DNA from: Alphaproteobacteria bacterium
Lineage (GTDB): Bacteria > Pseudomonadota > Alphaproteobacteria > Bin95
Assembly (NCBI GenBank): GCA_965205265.1
Contig: CBDBGH010000003.1
Span: forward strand, 2,080,001 to 2,144,000
Direction: 5' to 3'
Length of the DNA stretch: 64,000 nucleotides
Positions 9,282 through 20,792 of this stretch are shown here, in pieces. The notes under the pieces were generated by a model. It saw nothing but the letters and a program-made list of their open reading frames with translations, had not been told where the DNA came from and made no database searches. The number at the start of each line of letters is the position of its first letter. Within the stretch, counting starts at the first letter, position 1. Made by a program: the position numbers and the translations under genes.

Positions 9282-9890
9282 ATGCCGTTGCAGAATCGCG
9301 TGACGCCTTTCGGAGACATCGTCGCCGCGCCGGAGCGGGGGACGATGATGGGCAATCGCGGCATCCTGCATGACGGGCACCGGGCGCTCGGCCGGCGGCG
9401 CTGGACGCACAAGGCCTGGATCTGCTGCGTCACCGAGTTCCGCGGCCGGAAGCGGCAGGTGATGGCGCCGGGGCGCTATACGGAGCTCTTCTTTCTCGAC
9501 GAAGCGGTGGCGCTCGCCGCCGGGCACCGGCCCTGCTTCGAGTGCCGGCGCGAGGCCGCCAGGACCTATGCCGCCTGCTGGGGCGGCAGCCCGCGGGCCG
9601 GAGAGATGGATCGCGCGCTGCATGCCGAACGCCTCGACGGACGCCTCCGGCGCACCCACATCCGCGACTTCGCGGAACTTCCCGACGGTGCCTTCGTAAG
9701 CCGGGACGGGGCCGCCTGGCTGGTCAGGGGCCCGCTGCTGCTGCGCTACACGCCCGGCGGATACGATGCCGCGACCGAGCGCCCCGCCGGCGCAGTCGAG
9801 GTGCTGACGCCGCCCGCCACGCTCAGGGCGCTCAGGGCCGGCTACGCCCCGCAGATCCACCCGTCGGCCGAAGCTCCATCTGCGCCTTGA
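9282..9890 (+). CDS. Conserved hypothetical protein with a Cys-rich, Ada-like metal-binding motif
   Basis: MPLQNRVTPFG...WICC...FFLDEAVALAAGHRPCFECRR; SD-like AAGGA upstream. Confidence 0.75.
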   Translation: MPLQNRVTPFGDIVAAPERGTMMGNRGILHDGHRALGRRRWTHKAWICCVTEFRGRKRQVMAPGRYTELFFLDEAVALAAGHRPCFECRREAARTYAACWGGSPRAGEMDRALHAERLDGRLRRTHIRDFAELPDGAFVSRDGAAWLVRGPLLLRYTPGGYDAATERPAGAVEVLTPPATLRALRAGYAPQIHPSAEAPSAP

Positions 9891-10695
9891 ACACGAGGTC
9901 CGCAATGCCCGAGGCCGCGCCCTCGGCTGCCGCAGCGGCAAGCGATGTCCACGCGCCCTCCAGCCATGCGGCCGGCACGGCATTGGCCTGATCCACCCTG
10001 CCGACCTCGTTCCCGTCCGACCAGACGACGGACCAGCCGAGCCGCAGCTCCCGGAGGCCTGCAAGGGCCGGGCCGGCCTCCACGTCGCCGAAGACATGCA
10101 GGTGGCTCGGCGCGGCGGGCGGCACGACATCCAGCCCGCGGCCCGCAAGCGCCGCTTCGAGCGCGCGCAACAGCGGGTCCGTCGCTTCGGGGGCGGCGCC
10201 GGAAATCGGCGCGATGGAGATTTTGAGCCGGACAGAACCGCCTTCGCCCGGGCTTTCGGCGCGAACCCGCCGGGCGACCTCGTCCGCCAGCTCTTCGAGA
10301 CGCGCGGCCAGCGCCTCCGGCCGGCCGGCCTCGACCTCCTGCTCGAAACGCCCGGCCAGCCGGCCGTCCCAGTCGCGGAGTTCCCAGACGAGGGCGGACG
10401 GAGCGAATCCGTCCGGCATTGCGGCAAGTTCGACGCGCCCGGTCACCCAATAGCTGAGTCGATTGCCCTCATGCCGGCTGGCCGGCAGTCCGCGTCGATG
10501 CAACGCTCCCTCGAGGTCCCGACGCAGCCGGTCCTCGAGTTCCGGCGGCGCCCCTTCGATTCGCCCCACCTGGACGCCGACGCTTTCCGGGAGCGCCAGA
10601 AGGGCGCTCGCCTTGTCGCGTTCCATGACCTGCGGCAGGGGCTGGCAGGCCACCGCGAACAGCGCCGCCGCGAGAAGGCCGGCCACCCTAGACAA
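9832..10695 (-). CDS. Putative lipoprotein
   Basis: A TTG start gives signal peptide MSRVAGLLAAALFAVA-C with a lipobox. Start uncertain (ORF open to 10719). Confidence 0.65.
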   Translation of the reverse strand: MSRVAGLLAAALFAVACQPLPQVMERDKASALLALPESVGVQVGRIEGAPPELEDRLRRDLEGALHRRGLPASRHEGNRLSYWVTGRVELAAMPDGFAPSALVWELRDWDGRLAGRFEQEVEAGRPEALAARLEELADEVARRVRAESPGEGGSVRLKISIAPISGAAPEATDPLLRALEAALAGRGLDVVPPAAPSHLHVFGDVEAGPALAGLRELRLGWSVVWSDGNEVGRVDQANAVPAAWLEGAWTSLAAAAAEGAASGIADLVFKAQMELRPTGGSAGRSRP

Positions 10696-10756
10696 GGATG
10701 CAGCCCACGAGAAGGCCAAGCAGGCAAAGCCCGAGGAAGATCACCAGATGCGGCAT
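10688..10756 (-). CDS. Candidate 22-aa single-pass membrane peptide
   Basis: MPHLVIFLGLCLLGLLVGCILV*; GC3-rich codons; stop overlaps the lipoprotein start. Confidence 0.35.
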   Translation of the reverse strand: MPHLVIFLGLCLLGLLVGCILV

Positions 10757-10787
10757 CTCCGCAGCGGCCCCGTTCTCACACAGAAAG

Positions 10788-10814
10788 AAGCCCGCGCCGG
10801 GACGACGCGGGCTT
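10788..10814 (-). terminator. Intrinsic terminator after the binding-protein gene
   Basis: AAGCCCGCG-9 nt-CGCGGGCTT hairpin followed by CTTTCTG on the minus strand. Confidence 0.6.
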
Positions 10815-10855
10815 GCAATTCTCCGGCACGGCCGTTTCGGACCGTCCGGCAGGGA

Positions 10856-12547
10856 CTACTTGTCGAGCCAGAAGGTGTCGAACCGTCCGACGTCGTAGAG
10901 GCCGAAATAGTTGTAAGGGTTGTGGCCCTTGACGTAGTTGTACCAGCCGTCGTTGATCTTCTCCCAGGAGATCGGCAGCACCGGCGGGTTCTCCTCCATC
11001 ACCATCTCGGCCGCGGTAATCGCCTCCTGCCGCTTGACCGGATCGACCTCGCTGTGGATGGCCGCCAGCAGTTCAGTGAAGCGCGGGTCTTCCCACTGCG
11101 AGTAGTTCTGCGGGCCGTTCGGGCCGTACCAGGTGTTGAAGTAATCCGACGGATCGATCAGGGTCGAGACGATGGCACCGACCGACAGGTCGAACTTGCC
11201 GTTATTGGTGTCGTCGAACCAGACCGACTCCACGACCGTGCGCAGCTCGCACTCGATATTGAGCGCCTGCGCCAGCATGGCCTGGATCGCCTGCGACCAG
11301 ATCTTGAAGGTCGCCACATCGCGCACCACGAAGTCGAGCCCCTTGATGCCGCCGCCGTGGCCTGCGGCCTCCAGCAGCGCCCTGGCTTCCTTGATGGAGG
11401 CCGTGGTATCCGGCTGGTAGCCGAGGCGCTTGGAGAGCTGGTCCGTCGGCGTCGCCACATCCGAGAACGGATAGATGAAGCCGCCGACCAGCATCGGCGC
11501 CACATCCTTGACGGCTTCCACCAGCACCGGCCGGTCGAAGACCAGATGCATGGCCCGGCGCACCCTCGGGTCGTTGAAGGGCTCGCGGTCGGCGTTGAGC
11601 CAGACCGCCTGGATGACGCTCTGGTAGTAGTCTGTCGCCGTCATGTCGTCGCGGCTGTCGGCTTCCTTGCGCGTCACCGGGTCGATCAGCCGGGCATAGT
11701 CCGTCCGCCCGGCCAGGAAGGCCGAGCCGAGCTCCGGCGAGAACGGCAGGCCGTGGTAGAACTCGATGCCGTCGAGATAGGGCAACCCTTCCATCCAGTA
11801 GTCCGGGTTCTTCTGCATCACCCAGATTTCCTGCTCGACGCGCCGCACGCTGCGGAACGGCCCGGTGCCGGGGACATCGAGGGTCTTGCGCAGGTTGTAG
11901 TTGTTGTCCTCAAGCGTCTTCTTGCGGACGATGCCGTTCCAGCCGCTGGCGATGGCACCCATGATGAAGGCCGGCGGCCGCGGCACGGCCAGCTTGAACT
12001 GGACGGTGTGCTTGTCGGGCGCGGTGACCTCCTCGACCGAGGTGAAGAGCGCGCTGCGCGGAATGTTGATGCCCTCCGGCGGCTTGGTGATGCGGTCGAA
12101 GGTCGCCTTCACGTCCGCAGAGGTGAGCTCGGCGCCGTCCGAGAAATGCACGCCCTTGCGCAGGAAGAAGGTGTAGGTCTTGCCGTCCGGGGCGATCTCC
12201 CAGCTATGGGCGAGGTCGGGAATGATCGTCTGGCCGCTGTCGCGCGGGTCGCGGCGGATCAGGTTGTCGTACATGCAGGCCTGACTGCCGAGATTGTTGA
12301 TCGTGCCCGACTGGTGGAAGTCGAGATGCGGCGGGCGCATGGTGATGCCGTAGCGCAGCACGCCGCCCGATTTCGGGTTCGGCTCGGTCGCCGCAAGCTG
12401 GAACTTGGAGCCGTCATATTCCATCGGCACGGCCGCGGCAGCCTTGCGCGAAGACAAGCCATAGGCGCCCGCAGCTGCCAGCGCCGCGCTTCCCTGAAGG
12501 AAGTGCCGCCTGGACCAATGCGGGTTCAGAAATCCTTTTCGAGCCAT
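10856..12547 (-). CDS. Family 5 (Opp/Dpp) ABC substrate-binding protein, Tat-exported
   Basis: SRRHFL twin-arginine signal; PDLAHSWE..DGKTYTFFLRKGVHFSDG; GTGPF. Confidence 0.92.
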   Translation of the reverse strand: MARKGFLNPHWSRRHFLQGSAALAAAGAYGLSSRKAAAAVPMEYDGSKFQLAATEPNPKSGGVLRYGITMRPPHLDFHQSGTINNLGSQACMYDNLIRRDPRDSGQTIIPDLAHSWEIAPDGKTYTFFLRKGVHFSDGAELTSADVKATFDRITKPPEGINIPRSALFTSVEEVTAPDKHTVQFKLAVPRPPAFIMGAIASGWNGIVRKKTLEDNNYNLRKTLDVPGTGPFRSVRRVEQEIWVMQKNPDYWMEGLPYLDGIEFYHGLPFSPELGSAFLAGRTDYARLIDPVTRKEADSRDDMTATDYYQSVIQAVWLNADREPFNDPRVRRAMHLVFDRPVLVEAVKDVAPMLVGGFIYPFSDVATPTDQLSKRLGYQPDTTASIKEARALLEAAGHGGGIKGLDFVVRDVATFKIWSQAIQAMLAQALNIECELRTVVESVWFDDTNNGKFDLSVGAIVSTLIDPSDYFNTWYGPNGPQNYSQWEDPRFTELLAAIHSEVDPVKRQEAITAAEMVMEENPPVLPISWEKINDGWYNYVKGHNPYNYFGLYDVGRFDTFWLDK

Positions 12548-12656
12548 AATGCTCCTCCCTGCCTGAATCCGGGGCCGTTGCGGCCCCTAATGCGATATGC
12601 TGTCGGCCGAGTGCCGCCCTCGCATAGGCTTACCGCATTCTTAAGGAGCTTCGATT

Positions 12657-13702
12657 ATGGACCTAACCGAGCCGCTCGAACAAGAGGCCCCGGCGGTGTC
12701 GGCCGACAATGTGCTGGAAGTCGAAGACCTGCAGACGCACTTCTTCACCAATGACGGCGTGGTGCGCGCGGTGGACGGCGTCTCCTACAGCGTGCGCCGG
12801 GGCGAGACCCTTGGAGTGGTCGGGGAATCCGGCTGCGGCAAGAGCGTGACGGCGCTTTCGATCCTGCGCCTGGTGGCGAACCCGCCGGGGCGCATCGTCG
12901 GCGGCGCCGTCCGGCTGGAGGGACGGGACCTCCTCGAAGCGACCGAGACCGAAATGGAGGATGTCCGGGGCAACGAGATCTCCATGATCTTCCAGGAGCC
13001 GATGACCTCCCTCAATCCGCTGTTCACGGTCGGCAGGCAGATCGGGGAAGCCATCGCGCTCCACCAGGGCCTTTCGAAACGCGACGCGATGGACCGGGCC
13101 ATCGAGATGCTGCGCGAGGTCCATATCCCCGAGCCCGAGCGCCGTGCGCACGAATATCCGCATCAGCTTTCCGGCGGCATGCGCCAGCGGGTGATGATCG
13201 CCATGGCGCTTTCCTGCAACCCGAAAGTGCTGATCGCCGACGAGCCGACGACCGCGCTCGACGTCACCATCCAGGCGCAAATTCTCGACCTGATGCGCGA
13301 GACGCAGCGCTCCCAGGGCCAGGCCGTCATCCTGATTACCCACGACATGGGCGTGGTCGCCGAAAACGCCGACCGGGTGGTGGTGATGTATGCGGGCCGC
13401 AAGGTCGAGGAGGCCGAAGTGGACGAGCTGTTCGACCATCCGGGCCATCCCTATACGGAGGGCCTGCTGGGCGCCATTCCGAGCCTGGAGACCGCGGCGC
13501 ACACGGAGAGCGGCAGAGGACGCCTGAACGAGATCGAGGGCATGGTGCCCTCGCTTGCCAACCTGCCGCCGGGATGCACCTTCGCGCCGCGCTGCCGCTA
13601 TGCGAGCGAGCAGTGCCGGCAGGAATTTCCGCCGCTCGAAAGCTACCGTCCGGGCCACTGGGTCGCCTGCTGGCACGCGGACCGCCTGCTGGGAGGAACG
13701 GC

Positions 13703-13706
<4 letters not shown>
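12657..13706 (+). CDS. OppD/DppD-type ABC ATPase
   Basis: [29 protein letters not shown] and a C-terminal Cys cluster. Confidence 0.95.
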
Positions 13707-14737
<1,031 letters not shown>

Positions 14738-14756
14738 GACGAAGAGCCGGGCCGCG

Positions 14757-15668
14757 TCACACCGAGCCGCGCAGGCGCGGGTCGAGCACGTCGCGGATGC
14801 CGTCGCCGAACAGGTTGAAGGCGAGCACGGTGATGGTGATCGCCACGCCCGGGAACAGCACCAGCCACCAGGGCGGGACGATGCCGGCATTGAGCGCGTC
14901 CGCCAGCATGTTGCCCCAGGTCGGCGCTGGCGGCGGAATGCCGACGCCGAGGAAGCCGAGCGAGGCCTCGATGATGATCGCAACCCCGAGATGGGTCGTG
15001 GCGAGGATCAGGTAGGGCGCCACGCATTGCGGCAGGATGTGGAAGAGCATGATGCGCATGTCGGAGGCGCCGAGGCTGCGCGCCGCCTCCACGAAGGACA
15101 TTTCCTTGAGCGACAGCACGACGGAGCGGATCACGCGCCCGCCGAACGGTATTCGCGTGATCGCAATGGCGATGATGACCGTCACCGTGCCGGAGCCGAG
15201 CGCCATGGCGATCGCCATGGCGAGTATCAGGTCCGGGAAGGATTGCAGGAACTCGATGATGCGCTGGCTGACAATATCGAACCGCCCTCCCAGAAAGCCG
15301 CAGGCCAGGCCCCAGAGCGAGCCGAGCGTAGTGCCGAGCAGCACTGCAGCGAAGGCGACGATGAGCGAGGTGCGGCTGCCGTGGATGACGCGGCTCAGCG
15401 TGTCGCGGCCGATCTGGTCCGTGCCGAACAGATGTTCGTCATAGGGCGCCTTCTGCATGCTCCGGAAGTCGGACTTGAGCGGCGGATAGGGCGAAATGAC
15501 CGGCGCGGCCACCGCCATGGCCACGATCAGGAGCGCGACGCAGCCCCAGAATGCCGACAGCGGCGAGCGCCGCCCGAAATGCCTGAGGCCGCCCCACATG
15601 CGGGCAGGCAGCGACTGCGCAGGCCGGCGGGCCTCTTCCGCGGTCGGGGTTTCGGGCTGCGCGGTCAT
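14757..15668 (-). CDS. OppC/DppC-type permease
   Basis: FGTDQIGRD, FVEAARSLGAS (EAA loop), SLGFLGVG. Confidence 0.95.
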   Translation of the reverse strand: MTAQPETPTAEEARRPAQSLPARMWGGLRHFGRRSPLSAFWGCVALLIVAMAVAAPVISPYPPLKSDFRSMQKAPYDEHLFGTDQIGRDTLSRVIHGSRTSLIVAFAAVLLGTTLGSLWGLACGFLGGRFDIVSQRIIEFLQSFPDLILAMAIAMALGSGTVTVIIAIAITRIPFGGRVIRSVVLSLKEMSFVEAARSLGASDMRIMLFHILPQCVAPYLILATTHLGVAIIIEASLGFLGVGIPPPAPTWGNMLADALNAGIVPPWWLVLFPGVAITITVLAFNLFGDGIRDVLDPRLRGSV

Positions 15669-16627
15669 TGGTATCTGATCCTCGGGTCGATCCAGGCGAT
15701 GATGATATCCACGGTGATATTCAGCATCACGAACACCACGGCATAGAGGAAAACGAGGTTCTGCATGACGAAGATGTCGCGCTCATTGACTGCCGTGAAC
15801 ATGGCGTAGCCGAGGCCCGGCGTGCCGAAGGCGCGCTCCACCGGGATCGAGCCCGCCAGCACGAAGCCGAGCAGGATGCCCGACAGCGTGATGACCGGGA
15901 GCAGCGCATTGGGCAGCGCGTGGAGGCTGACCACGAGCCGCCCGTTCAGCCCCTTGGCCCTGGCGGTGCGCACATAGTCCTCGCGGATCACCTCCAGCAG
16001 GCTGGAGCGGGCCATGCGCGCGATATAGGCGGCCTGGCCGAGCGCGAGCACGAAGGCGGGCCCGATAATGATCTGCAGCACGGTTCCGGGGTCCTCGAAC
16101 AGGCCCGCCCCGCCGGCGGTCTGCGGCGCGCGGTAGCCGAAGCCGAACAGGAGGCCCAGCACGATCAGCATGCCGAGCCAGAACCCCGGCACGGCGAGGC
16201 AGGTGATCGAGATCACGCGGGCGGTGTTGTCGGCGGCGGTGTTGGGCCTGAGCGCGCTCACGATCGCCACCGGGATGCCGAGGATCCAGGAGAGGACGAC
16301 CGACAGGATGGCGATCTGCGCCGTCAGCGGTCCGCGCCGCAGCACCATCTCGCCGACGCTCTCCGCGCGGAAGAAGGAGCGGCCGAGCTCGCCCCTCGCG
16401 ATGTCCCAAAGCCAGTTGAGATACTGGACGATCAGCGGGTCGGCGAGGCCGAGCTCCTCCATGTAGCTCTGCCGCTGGGCCTCGGTGAGCTTGGTCATGC
16501 CCTCCGGGCCGAAGATCGCGGTCAGCGGATCGCCCGGCATGATCCGCATGATGAGGAACACGATGATCGACACGCCGAACACCGTGATCCCGCCGAACGC
16601 CAGCCGGCGCACGATATAGCTATACAT
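15665..16627 (-). CDS. OppB/DppB-type permease
   Basis: YIVRRL..MPGDP, EDYVRTARAKGL, DPRIRY. Confidence 0.95.
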   Translation of the reverse strand: MYSYIVRRLAFGGITVFGVSIIVFLIMRIMPGDPLTAIFGPEGMTKLTEAQRQSYMEELGLADPLIVQYLNWLWDIARGELGRSFFRAESVGEMVLRRGPLTAQIAILSVVLSWILGIPVAIVSALRPNTAADNTARVISITCLAVPGFWLGMLIVLGLLFGFGYRAPQTAGGAGLFEDPGTVLQIIIGPAFVLALGQAAYIARMARSSLLEVIREDYVRTARAKGLNGRLVVSLHALPNALLPVITLSGILLGFVLAGSIPVERAFGTPGLGYAMFTAVNERDIFVMQNLVFLYAVVFVMLNITVDIIIAWIDPRIRYQ

Positions 16628-16682
16628 CCGGTTCTCGCCGGCGGCTCATCGTCAAAGACGCCTTCCCCTCGCTCCGCCGGGC

Positions 16683-16712
16683 AGACTGCTTGCCGGGAGG
16701 CGGCGCTGTCAA
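16683..16712 (-). promoter_or_regulatory. Probable internal sigma70 promoter for the second permease pair
   Basis: TTGACA-18 nt-CAGTCT on the minus strand in the 108-bp gap. Confidence 0.4.
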
Positions 16713-16735
16713 GGCGCTGACGGCCCGGGCACCGC

Positions 16736-17725
16736 TCAGCGCAGGTGGCAGGCGACCGTGTGGCCGGGCGCGATTTCGCGCAGCGCCGGAGATTCGACCC
16801 GGCAACGTTCCTCCGCATAGGGGCAGCGCGTGTGGAAATGGCAGCCCGACGGCGGGCTGATCGGGCTCGGCACGTCGCCCTGGAGCACCATCTTCTTCCG
16901 GCGGAGCCGCGGGTCGGGCACCGGCACGGCCGACAGCAGCGCTTCGGTATAGGGATGCTGCGGGTCGGTGAAGAGGGTCCGCTTGTCGGTGTATTCCACA
17001 ATGCGCCCGAGATACATGACCGCGATCCGGTGGCTGATATGCTCGACCACCGCCAGGTCGTGGGCGACGAACAGATAGGAGAGCCGGAACTCCTTCTGGA
17101 GGTCCATCAGCAGGTTGATGACCTGCGCCTGGATGGACACGTCGAGCGCCGAGACCGGCTCGTCCCCGACGATCAGCTTCGGATTGAGCGCGAGCGCGCG
17201 CGCAATGCCGATGCGCTGGCGCTGGCCGCCGGAGAACTCGTGCGGGAAGCTCTTCATCTGGGCGCGGCTGAGGCCCACCCGCTCGAACAGCTCCGCTACC
17301 CGTTCCTCCCGCTCGGCGGCGTTGCCGAGGCCGTGGACCCGCAGCAGCTCGCCCACGATATCGCCCGCCGACATGCGCGGATTGAGCGAGGAATAAGGGT
17401 CCTGGAAGATGATCTGCATCTCGCGGCGCACTGCGCGCATGTCGGTCTTGCCGAGATCGGTCACATCGCGACCGTTGAGGCGGATCGTGCCCTCGGTCGG
17501 GTCGATCAGGCGGAGCACGGTGCGCCCGACCGTGGACTTGCCGCAGCCGGATTCGCCGACCAGCCCGAGCGTCTCGCCGGGGCCGATATGGAAGCTCACG
17601 CCATCGACGGCATAGACCTTGCCGGCATGGCGGGAGAGCAGCCCCTTCTTGACCGGGAAGTGCTTTTTCAGCCCCTCCACTTCCAGCACCGGGGGCTGGA
17701 CGGCATTCTCTGCAGGGGTGTTCAC
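16736..17725 (-). CDS. OppF/DppF-type ABC ATPase
   Basis: [21 protein letters not shown]. Confidence 0.95.
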   Translation of the reverse strand: MNTPAENAVQPPVLEVEGLKKHFPVKKGLLSRHAGKVYAVDGVSFHIGPGETLGLVGESGCGKSTVGRTVLRLIDPTEGTIRLNGRDVTDLGKTDMRAVRREMQIIFQDPYSSLNPRMSAGDIVGELLRVHGLGNAAEREERVAELFERVGLSRAQMKSFPHEFSGGQRQRIGIARALALNPKLIVGDEPVSALDVSIQAQVINLLMDLQKEFRLSYLFVAHDLAVVEHISHRIAVMYLGRIVEYTDKRTLFTDPQHPYTEALLSAVPVPDPRLRRKKMVLQGDVPSPISPPSGCHFHTRCPYAEERCRVESPALREIAPGHTVACHLR

Positions 17726-18792
17726 GAGGCGGCCCCGAACAGGCGCTCGGAATGCCAGCAGGCGGCCCAGTGGCCGGGCTGCTTCTCCTGGTAAGGCGGA
17801 TATTCCGCGCGGCAGCGGTCGTCCGCAAAGCGGCAGCGGGGCGCGAAGGCGCAGCCGGGCGGCAGGTTGTTCAGCGGCGGCACGATGCCCGGAATTTCCT
17901 CGAGGCGTTCGGCGGCCGCGGTGTCCTCGCCGCTCATGATGGCGAGGCGCGGCACGGAAGCCATCAGGCCGTGGGTGTAGGGATGCATCGGGTTGGAGAA
18001 GAGCGGCACGACATCCGCCTCCTCCACCTTCCGGCCCGCATACATGACGATGATGCGCTGGGTCGTTTCCGCCACGACGCCAAGATCGTGGGTAATCAGG
18101 ATGACGGCCGTGCCGAGCTCCTGCTGCAGGCGCACGATGAGGTCGAGTATCTGCGCTTGGATGGTGACATCGAGCGCGGTGGTCGGCTCGTCGGCGATCA
18201 GCACCTTCGGGTTGCAGGCGAGCGCCATCGCGATCATCGCCCGCTGGCGCATGCCGCCGGAAAGCTGGTGCGGATATTCCCTTGCGCGCTGCGCCGGCTC
18301 GGGAATGCGCATCATGTCGAGCATCTCGACCGCCCGCGACAGCGCCTCGGCCCGGCTCATGTCCCGGTGCAGGATCAGCGCCTCGGCGATCTGGTAGCCG
18401 ATGGTCAGCACCGGGTTGAGCGAGGTCATCGGCTCCTGGAAGATCATGGAGATATCGTTGCCGCGCACGAGGCGCATCTCGGCCTCGTCGAGGTCCAGAA
18501 GGTCCCTTCCGTCGAGCGTCACCCGGCCGCCGATGATGCGCCCCGGCGGGTCCGGCACGAGGCGCATGACGGACAGCGCGGTGATGCTCTTGCCGCAGCC
18601 GGACTCGCCCACGATCCCGAGCGTCTCGCCCTTGCGCAGGTTGAAGGAGACCCCGTCCACGGCCTTGACGATTCCCTGGCGCGTGTAGAACCAGGTTTGC
18701 AGGTCCTTCACGTCCAGCGCGATGTCCCCGGCCGGCGCTTCCGCGGACGCGACCGCCCCGTCATCGAGGGCGGTCATCGTGTCGGAGGTCAT
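17722..18792 (-). CDS. OppD/DppD-type ABC ATPase
   Basis: [20 protein letters not shown]; start placed at MTSDTM. Confidence 0.93.
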   Translation of the reverse strand: MTSDTMTALDDGAVASAEAPAGDIALDVKDLQTWFYTRQGIVKAVDGVSFNLRKGETLGIVGESGCGKSITALSVMRLVPDPPGRIIGGRVTLDGRDLLDLDEAEMRLVRGNDISMIFQEPMTSLNPVLTIGYQIAEALILHRDMSRAEALSRAVEMLDMMRIPEPAQRAREYPHQLSGGMRQRAMIAMALACNPKVLIADEPTTALDVTIQAQILDLIVRLQQELGTAVILITHDLGVVAETTQRIIVMYAGRKVEEADVVPLFSNPMHPYTHGLMASVPRLAIMSGEDTAAAERLEEIPGIVPPLNNLPPGCAFAPRCRFADDRCRAEYPPYQEKQPGHWAACWHSERLFGAAS

Positions 18793-18814
18793 GTCTCGCA
18801 CCCCATGTTCCGGC

Positions 18815-19708
18815 TCAACTCCGCTGCCGCGGGTCGAGGATGTCGCGAACCGCATCCCCGAACAGGTTGGTACCGAACACGGCGAGGCTGATCGCAATGC
18901 CCGGGAAGATCACCAGCCAGGGCGCGACGCGCACATATTCCGCCGCCGATTCCGACAACATCCGCCCCCAGGAGGGGTGCGGCTCCGGCACGCCGAGGCC
19001 GAGGAAGGAGAGCGAGGCCTCGACCAGGATCGCGGAGCCCAGCTGCGCCGTGAACAGCACGATCAGCGGCGCCAGCGTATTCGGCAGCACATGGCGCACC
19101 GCGACCCGGAGCTCGCTCATGCCCGCCGCCCGCGCCGCCTCCACGAAAGGCATCTCCCGGAGCGACAATGTGCTTGACCGCACCACGCGCGCCACATTGG
19201 GCACGAGCGGTATCGAAATCGCGATGATGGTGTTCTCCAGCGACGGCCCGAGCGAGGCCGCCATGACGAGCGCCAGCACGAGCAGCGGCAGGGCCTGCAT
19301 GATGTCGATCAGGCGCTGCATCAGCAGGTCGAACCAGCCCATCAGGTAGCCCGACATGAGGCCGATCACGATGCCGATCACGCCGCCAAGCAGGATCGAG
19401 GCGACGCCCACGGTCAGCGAGATGCGCGCGCCGTGGATGATGCGGCTCAGCACATCCCGGCCCATCATGTCGGCGCCCATGACGAATGTCGCATCGGGCG
19501 CCTTCAGGGAATCCGGCGCTGAGGTGTGCAGCGGATCGTGCGGCGCCAGCACGTTGGCGAACAACGCCGAGAACACGAAGACGACCACGATGGCAGCGCC
19601 GACCGCGCCGAGCGGATGCTGGCGCATGTAGAAGACCAGCCGACTCCAGTGGCCGGAGACATTCGCGCCGGCGCGCGAGAGTTCCGCCTGATGGTCGATT
19701 TCAGCCAT
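18815..19708 (-). CDS. OppC/DppC-type permease
   Basis: [25 protein letters not shown]; start placed at MAEIDH. Confidence 0.93.
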   Translation of the reverse strand: MAEIDHQAELSRAGANVSGHWSRLVFYMRQHPLGAVGAAIVVVFVFSALFANVLAPHDPLHTSAPDSLKAPDATFVMGADMMGRDVLSRIIHGARISLTVGVASILLGGVIGIVIGLMSGYLMGWFDLLMQRLIDIMQALPLLVLALVMAASLGPSLENTIIAISIPLVPNVARVVRSSTLSLREMPFVEAARAAGMSELRVAVRHVLPNTLAPLIVLFTAQLGSAILVEASLSFLGLGVPEPHPSWGRMLSESAAEYVRVAPWLVIFPGIAISLAVFGTNLFGDAVRDILDPRQRS

Positions 19709-19743
19709 CGTCTCGCTTTCCGGACTGCAGCACGGTGCGTCGG

Positions 19744-20691
19744 TCAGTCGGCATATTTGATCCTCGGGTCGAGCACCGCGTAGAGCATGTCCACCAGGAA
19801 ATTGATGAGCACGGTGACAAGCGCGATCAGCATCACCAGGTTCTGCACGATCGGGTAGTCGCGCATCAGGATCGCCTCGACAAGGAAGTGGGCGACGCCG
19901 GGAATGTTGAAGACCGTCTCGGTGATGATGAGCCCGCCGATCAGGAAGGCGGCCTCGATGCCGATGATGGTCGTCACCGGCAGCACCGCGTTCTTGAGCG
20001 CGTGGTGGTAGTTGACGGAGTTGTCGGTCGCCCCCTTGGAGCGCGCCGTGCGGATATAGTCCTGGCGCATTACCTCCAGCATGGAAGAGCGCGTAAGCCG
20101 CATGATGAGGGCGGACGACCGGAAGCCGACGGCGGCGGCAGGAATGCTGTAGAGCAGCAGCTCGTCCCAGAGATTGTCCGGCGGGTTCATGTAGATCGGG
20201 ATTGTCCCGGTGTATTGCACGAAGGCCATCAGGATCAGCAGGGCGAGCCAGAAGGACGGCAGCGAGAGGCCGCTCAACGAGATGCAGCGCAGCACGTAGT
20301 CCATGCCCGAGTTCTGGCGCACGGCGCTGATGACCCCGAGCGGCAGTCCGAACAGGACCGAGAAGAACAGCGAGAGCGCTGCCAGCTTGGCGGTAATCGG
20401 TATCCGGGGCTGGATTTCGTCCACCACCGGCATTTCGGACACATAGGAGAAGCCGAGGTCCCAGACGATCAATCCCCGGATCCACTCGTAGTACTGGACC
20501 GGTATCGGCTGGTCGAGGCCAAGTTCCCGTTCGATATTGGCCTTCTCCTCCGGGTCCACGAAGCCGGCGGAGTCGAACATGATGTCGGCGATATTGCCGG
20601 GCATCAGCCGCAGCAGCACGAAGATGATGATCGACATCCCGACCAGGGTCAGGATCATCAACAGGAAGCGCTTGACGATATAGGCGCTCAA
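19744..20691 (-). CDS. OppB/DppB-type permease
   Basis: YIVKRFL, QDYIRTARSKG, DPRIKY; TTG start. Confidence 0.94.
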   Translation of the reverse strand: MSAYIVKRFLLMILTLVGMSIIIFVLLRLMPGNIADIMFDSAGFVDPEEKANIERELGLDQPIPVQYYEWIRGLIVWDLGFSYVSEMPVVDEIQPRIPITAKLAALSLFFSVLFGLPLGVISAVRQNSGMDYVLRCISLSGLSLPSFWLALLILMAFVQYTGTIPIYMNPPDNLWDELLLYSIPAAAVGFRSSALIMRLTRSSMLEVMRQDYIRTARSKGATDNSVNYHHALKNAVLPVTTIIGIEAAFLIGGLIITETVFNIPGVAHFLVEAILMRDYPIVQNLVMLIALVTVLINFLVDMLYAVLDPRIKYAD

Positions 20692-20742
20692 GGCCCGATC
20701 CCTTCTTCCCGCGCCTCTCGCGGCGAGTTGCGTGCAGGGAAA

Positions 20743-20768
20743 CCGGGGCGCCTCAGAAGACGCCCCGG
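20743..20768 (-). terminator. Intercistronic hairpin (terminator or mRNA stabiliser) after the binding-protein gene
   Basis: CCGGGGCG-10 nt-CGCCCCGG followed by TTT on the minus strand. Confidence 0.5.
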
Positions 20769-20792
20769 CTCGTCATCGTCGAAAGGGTCCGG

